This document shows, piece after piece, positions 23,097 through 25,734 of a DNA stretch of 25,734 nucleotides (its first letter is position 1; every line of letters begins with the position of its first letter). Under the pieces are notes generated by a model, which was given only the letters and a program-made list of their open reading frames with translations, did not search any database and was not told the origin of the DNA. A program made the translations under genes and the position numbers. Origin of the DNA: an uncultured Candidatus Marinamargulisbacteria bacterium (GTDB lineage: Bacteria; Margulisbacteria; Riflemargulisbacteria; GWF2-35-9); assembly GCA_903910705.1 (NCBI GenBank), contig CAIWAN010000025.1, positions 1-25,734 on the forward strand, given 5' to 3'.

Positions 23097-23801
23097 ATGA
23101 CCCGTATTATCAAAGTTGAAGATATGGTTGCTCGAAATTTACCCAAGGTAGCCCCTAGACTGACGACCTTTTATCGTGAAGAGAAGGTGATTGCGCTGCT
23201 CAAACAAGCCGAGTCCATTGCCGACCAGTTATTGAAAGATCGAAGCCGGATTGAGTCCGAGTATATCACTCAGATGGAGGCGGATCGTGCACACGCCTTG
23301 ATTGAGATCGCACAGATCAAAGAACAAGCTCGGCAAGACGGGCTAAAGGCCGGAAAAGAAGAGGCCTACCAAGCGTTCTCGGCGGTGTTTGATCATGTCG
23401 AGGCTGTTAAAATGGAATTTATTGCGCAACGGAAAGGGTGGGCTGAAGAGGCCGAAGCGGATATTGTGAAGCTCACCCTGGTTATAGCTGAAAAGCTTCT
23501 TCAGCAAGAACTTGCGACCCATCCCGACCTGATCGTTGGTATGATCAAAGCCATTTTGAAGGAAACGAGCGAGAACCAACGGCTGACACTCCAAGTGAAT
23601 CCAGAGGACCTATCGCTGATCCATACACACCTTCCTGAACTCAAGCAAACACTCGGGGCTGTTAAGATCTTTGAGGCCGAGTCCAATCCGAGTATTCCTC
23701 GAGGTGGGGTTGTTTTTGATATGGATTCGGGAATGTTAGACGCTCGGATCGAAACCCAAATGGCCAAACTCTATCAATCCCTTGTGAATGACCCCGCTTA
23801 A
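23097..23801 (+). CDS. fliH: Flagellar export apparatus protein FliH
   Basis: 234-aa protein between fliG and fliI, with a central E/A/K-rich helical region and a C-terminal 'GGVVFDMDSGMLDARIETQ' FliH/YscL-type end. Confidence 0.8.
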   Translation: MTRIIKVEDMVARNLPKVAPRLTTFYREEKVIALLKQAESIADQLLKDRSRIESEYITQMEADRAHALIEIAQIKEQARQDGLKAGKEEAYQAFSAVFDHVEAVKMEFIAQRKGWAEEAEADIVKLTLVIAEKLLQQELATHPDLIVGMIKAILKETSENQRLTLQVNPEDLSLIHTHLPELKQTLGAVKIFEAESNPSIPRGGVVFDMDSGMLDARIETQMAKLYQSLVNDPA

Positions 23802-25104
23802 TTTAAAACCCTATTTCGCCAAAGTTAAGCATACGCGAACCTTGATCCCCCAAGGTCGTATCGTTGATGTCACGGGGCTCGTCATCGGGGCTACAGGGCC
23901 TCGCGTACCGGTGGGTGAGATCTGTCGCGTGTATAGCCGATACAAGAAAACCTCCATCCTTGCCGAGATCGTGGGGTTTCGGGATGACCGTGTCTTATTG
24001 ATGCCACTCGGGGATATGGCAGGTATCAGCTCGGGTGATATTGTCGAATCAACGGGTGATAGTCTCAAAATTGGGGTGTCGCAGTCGTGTTTGGGACGCG
24101 TGTTTTCGGGTCTGGGCGATCCGATGGATGACCAACCGCCGATCATTCCCGATCGATTGATGTCGATCTATGCGAGCCCCCCCAGCCCCCTTAAACGAAC
24201 GCGTATCAAGCAGCCACTCAGTGTGGGCGTAAAGGCCTTGGATGGATGTTTGACGGTGGGCAAGGGGCAACGAATTGGGATCTTTTCGGGGTCAGGGGTG
24301 GGGAAGTCTACCCTTCTTGGGATGGTGGCCCGCAATACCGAGGCCGATATCAATGTCATTGCCTTAATTGGTGAGCGAGGCCGCGAGGTGAAGGAGTTTA
24401 TCGAAGAATCTCTGGGGGTCGAGGGGCTCAAAAAGTCCGTGGTCATCGTCGCCACGTCTGACCAACCTGCGTTGATCCGAGTCAAAGCCGCCTTTACCGC
24501 AACCGCGATGGCTGAATATTTTCGTGACCAAGGAAAGAACGTCCTCCTCATGATGGACTCCGTGACCCGATTTTCGATGGCCCAACGCGAGATCGGTTTG
24601 ACGATCGGCGAGCCCCCCACAACGAAAGGCTATCCCCCTTCTGTTTTTGCCTTGATGCCGCAATTGATGGAACGAGCGGGCAACAGTGATGTCGGAAGCA
24701 TTACCGGCATCTACACGGTCTTGGTCGACTCTGATGACATGAACGAACCCATTGCCGACACGGCCCGAAGTATTCTCGATGGTCATGTGGTGCTGGATCG
24801 AAAGATCGCCGCGAAGAATATTTGGCCTGCGGTGGATGTATTAAACAGCATTAGTCGGGTCATGCCGGAGGTGGTGTCTAAAGAGCATATGCAAGCAAAT
24901 TATGCGCTTCGTGAACTGCTTGCGACCTATCGAGACGCCGAAGACCTTATCAATATTGGGGCGTACGTGGATGGGAGTAACCCCAAGATCGACCGTGCCA
25001 AGAAGATGGTCGACCCGATCCTGTCCTTTTTGCGACAATCGATCGACGAAGCGCCCCCGTTTGCCGATGTGGTCAATCAACTCACGAAAATGTTTAACCT
25101 ATGA
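23788..25104 (+). CDS. fliI: Flagellum-specific ATPase FliI
   Basis: Walker A is 'GSGVGKSTLL', Walker B is 'VLLMMDSVTR', and 'GSITGIYTVLV' is F1/T3SS-ATPase-like. It overlaps fliH by 14 nt. Confidence 0.95.
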   Translation: MTPLNLKPYFAKVKHTRTLIPQGRIVDVTGLVIGATGPRVPVGEICRVYSRYKKTSILAEIVGFRDDRVLLMPLGDMAGISSGDIVESTGDSLKIGVSQSCLGRVFSGLGDPMDDQPPIIPDRLMSIYASPPSPLKRTRIKQPLSVGVKALDGCLTVGKGQRIGIFSGSGVGKSTLLGMVARNTEADINVIALIGERGREVKEFIEESLGVEGLKKSVVIVATSDQPALIRVKAAFTATAMAEYFRDQGKNVLLMMDSVTRFSMAQREIGLTIGEPPTTKGYPPSVFALMPQLMERAGNSDVGSITGIYTVLVDSDDMNEPIADTARSILDGHVVLDRKIAAKNIWPAVDVLNSISRVMPEVVSKEHMQANYALRELLATYRDAEDLINIGAYVDGSNPKIDRAKKMVDPILSFLRQSIDEAPPFADVVNQLTKMFNL

Positions 25105-25553
25105 AAAAATTCGTCTACAGTCTTCAGCGGGTTCTGACGTTGCGAGAAAAGCGAGAAGAGTTGCTTAAGCAGGAGATGAGCCGTCTTATCTTTAAGCGCA
25201 ATCAACACGACCATGTGAAGTTCTATTTTGAGAAGCAGTTAAACGATGAGTATGAAAAGCAACGGACAACAACCTCGTTTATTGTAGCGGACCGCGTTCA
25301 ATTAGATCATCATCTGTCCGAGACACGGGGGCAAATTTATCATCAGAAGCTCCTCATTGCCGAGTATGAGGCCAAGATCGAAGCGAAGCGCCTTGAGATC
25401 CTTGAGAATCGAAAGTCCATCCGAACGCTTGAACAACTTAAGGAACGCAAATGGGATCAATATCAGTACGAGACACTCCTCGATGAACGCAAGACCATGG
25501 ACGAGATCGCTAATCGGGCAGTGGTCGTGGGGCACTTCGACTTCGCTCAGTGA
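25101..25553 (+). CDS. fliJ: Flagellar export chaperone FliJ
   Basis: 150-aa coiled-coil protein immediately after fliI with an ATGA overlap. 'LQRVLTLREKREE...' is a typical FliJ start. Confidence 0.75.
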   Translation: MKKFVYSLQRVLTLREKREELLKQEMSRLIFKRNQHDHVKFYFEKQLNDEYEKQRTTTSFIVADRVQLDHHLSETRGQIYHQKLLIAEYEAKIEAKRLEILENRKSIRTLEQLKERKWDQYQYETLLDERKTMDEIANRAVVVGHFDFAQ

Positions 25554-25599
25554 CCCCAAACACCTCAGTGACCCCAGACACCTCAGTGACCCCAGGATA
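25546..25599 (+). repeat. Three tandem copies of an 18-bp unit (CTCAGTGACCCCAAACAC and variants) spanning the fliJ stop
   Basis: The units are 25546-25563, 25564-25581 and 25582-25599. The first two differ at 1 position, and the third diverges in its last 5 nt. Confidence 0.9.
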
Positions 25600-25734
25600 C
25601 TGTAACATTCTTTCTGTAAAATTCAAAAAACGCCCATAGTCGCACTTGGGTACATGTGTGCAACTCAAAGAGTTGTGCATCATGTGCACAAGTTGACGAA
25701 GTGGGTCAAAAGGTTTTCCATAGTGTTTGAGAAA

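Noticed and set aside
24168-24786. Two minus-strand ORFs of 150 and 140 aa
   Set aside because: Both are antisense shadows of fliI, whose identity is unambiguous. They have R/G/P-rich translations typical of the reverse frame of a GC-richer gene.
25546-25599. Possible CRISPR array
   Set aside because: The repeats are contiguous 18-bp units with no spacers and no cas genes. This is a simple tandem repeat.
1-25734. Mobile-element hallmarks (integrase, transposase, tRNA attachment site) and overrepresentation of HIP1-like GCGATCGC
   Set aside because: I recognised no recombinase, transposase or tRNA gene. CGATCG-type sites are frequent but not obviously beyond expectation by eye, and I cannot quantify this without a computation.

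Overview
Mid-GC chromosomal window from a flagellated bacterium that probably has an outer membrane (it encodes a secretin); lineage not assignable. I recognised no rRNA, tRNA, CRISPR array, integrase or transposase.

Left third: a GT-C-type membrane glycosyltransferase and a DjlA-like J-protein, an Isf-like flavoprotein, and comM/yifB. comM overlaps a compact 3-gene module (two bitopic proteins plus a 312-aa secretin). An AT-rich accessory islet follows: an RHH/RelE toxin-antitoxin pair, three uncharacterised minus-strand genes, and a COG1373 AAA+/DUF4143 ATPase bracketed by perfect 18-bp direct repeats.

Middle: a four-gene translationally coupled operon of two divergent thymidylate-kinase-like paralogues, a family-4 uracil-DNA glycosylase and a C-N hydrolase. 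Then a FepC/FecCD-type ABC importer with a C11 tract in its 5' end, an orphan Fis-type HTH protein, a second COG1373 ATPase bracketed by 57-bp direct repeats with a palindromic core, a HAD-IB hydrolase and secG.

Right third: a CxxCxxCC (YkgJ/FliB-family) gene whose cysteine motif lies upstream of any in-frame start, suggesting a frameshift at a G5 run. Then a FlgN-like coiled-coil protein and a MerR-like regulator divergent from flgB-flgC-fliF-fliG-fliH-fliI-fliJ, with no fliE.

Recurrent sequence-level theme: first genes of transcription units carry sigma70-like -10 boxes (four with matching -35 boxes, one an extended -10) placed 6-7 nt upstream of the ATG, with no Shine-Dalgarno (SD). This is leaderless geometry, whereas internal genes have strong GGAGG sites.

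Best candidates for something undescribed: the repeat-bracketed ATPase-nuclease cassettes, the Tmk-like/UDG/nitrilase operon, the comM-linked mini-secretin module, and the AT-rich islet. None can be assigned a function from sequence alone.
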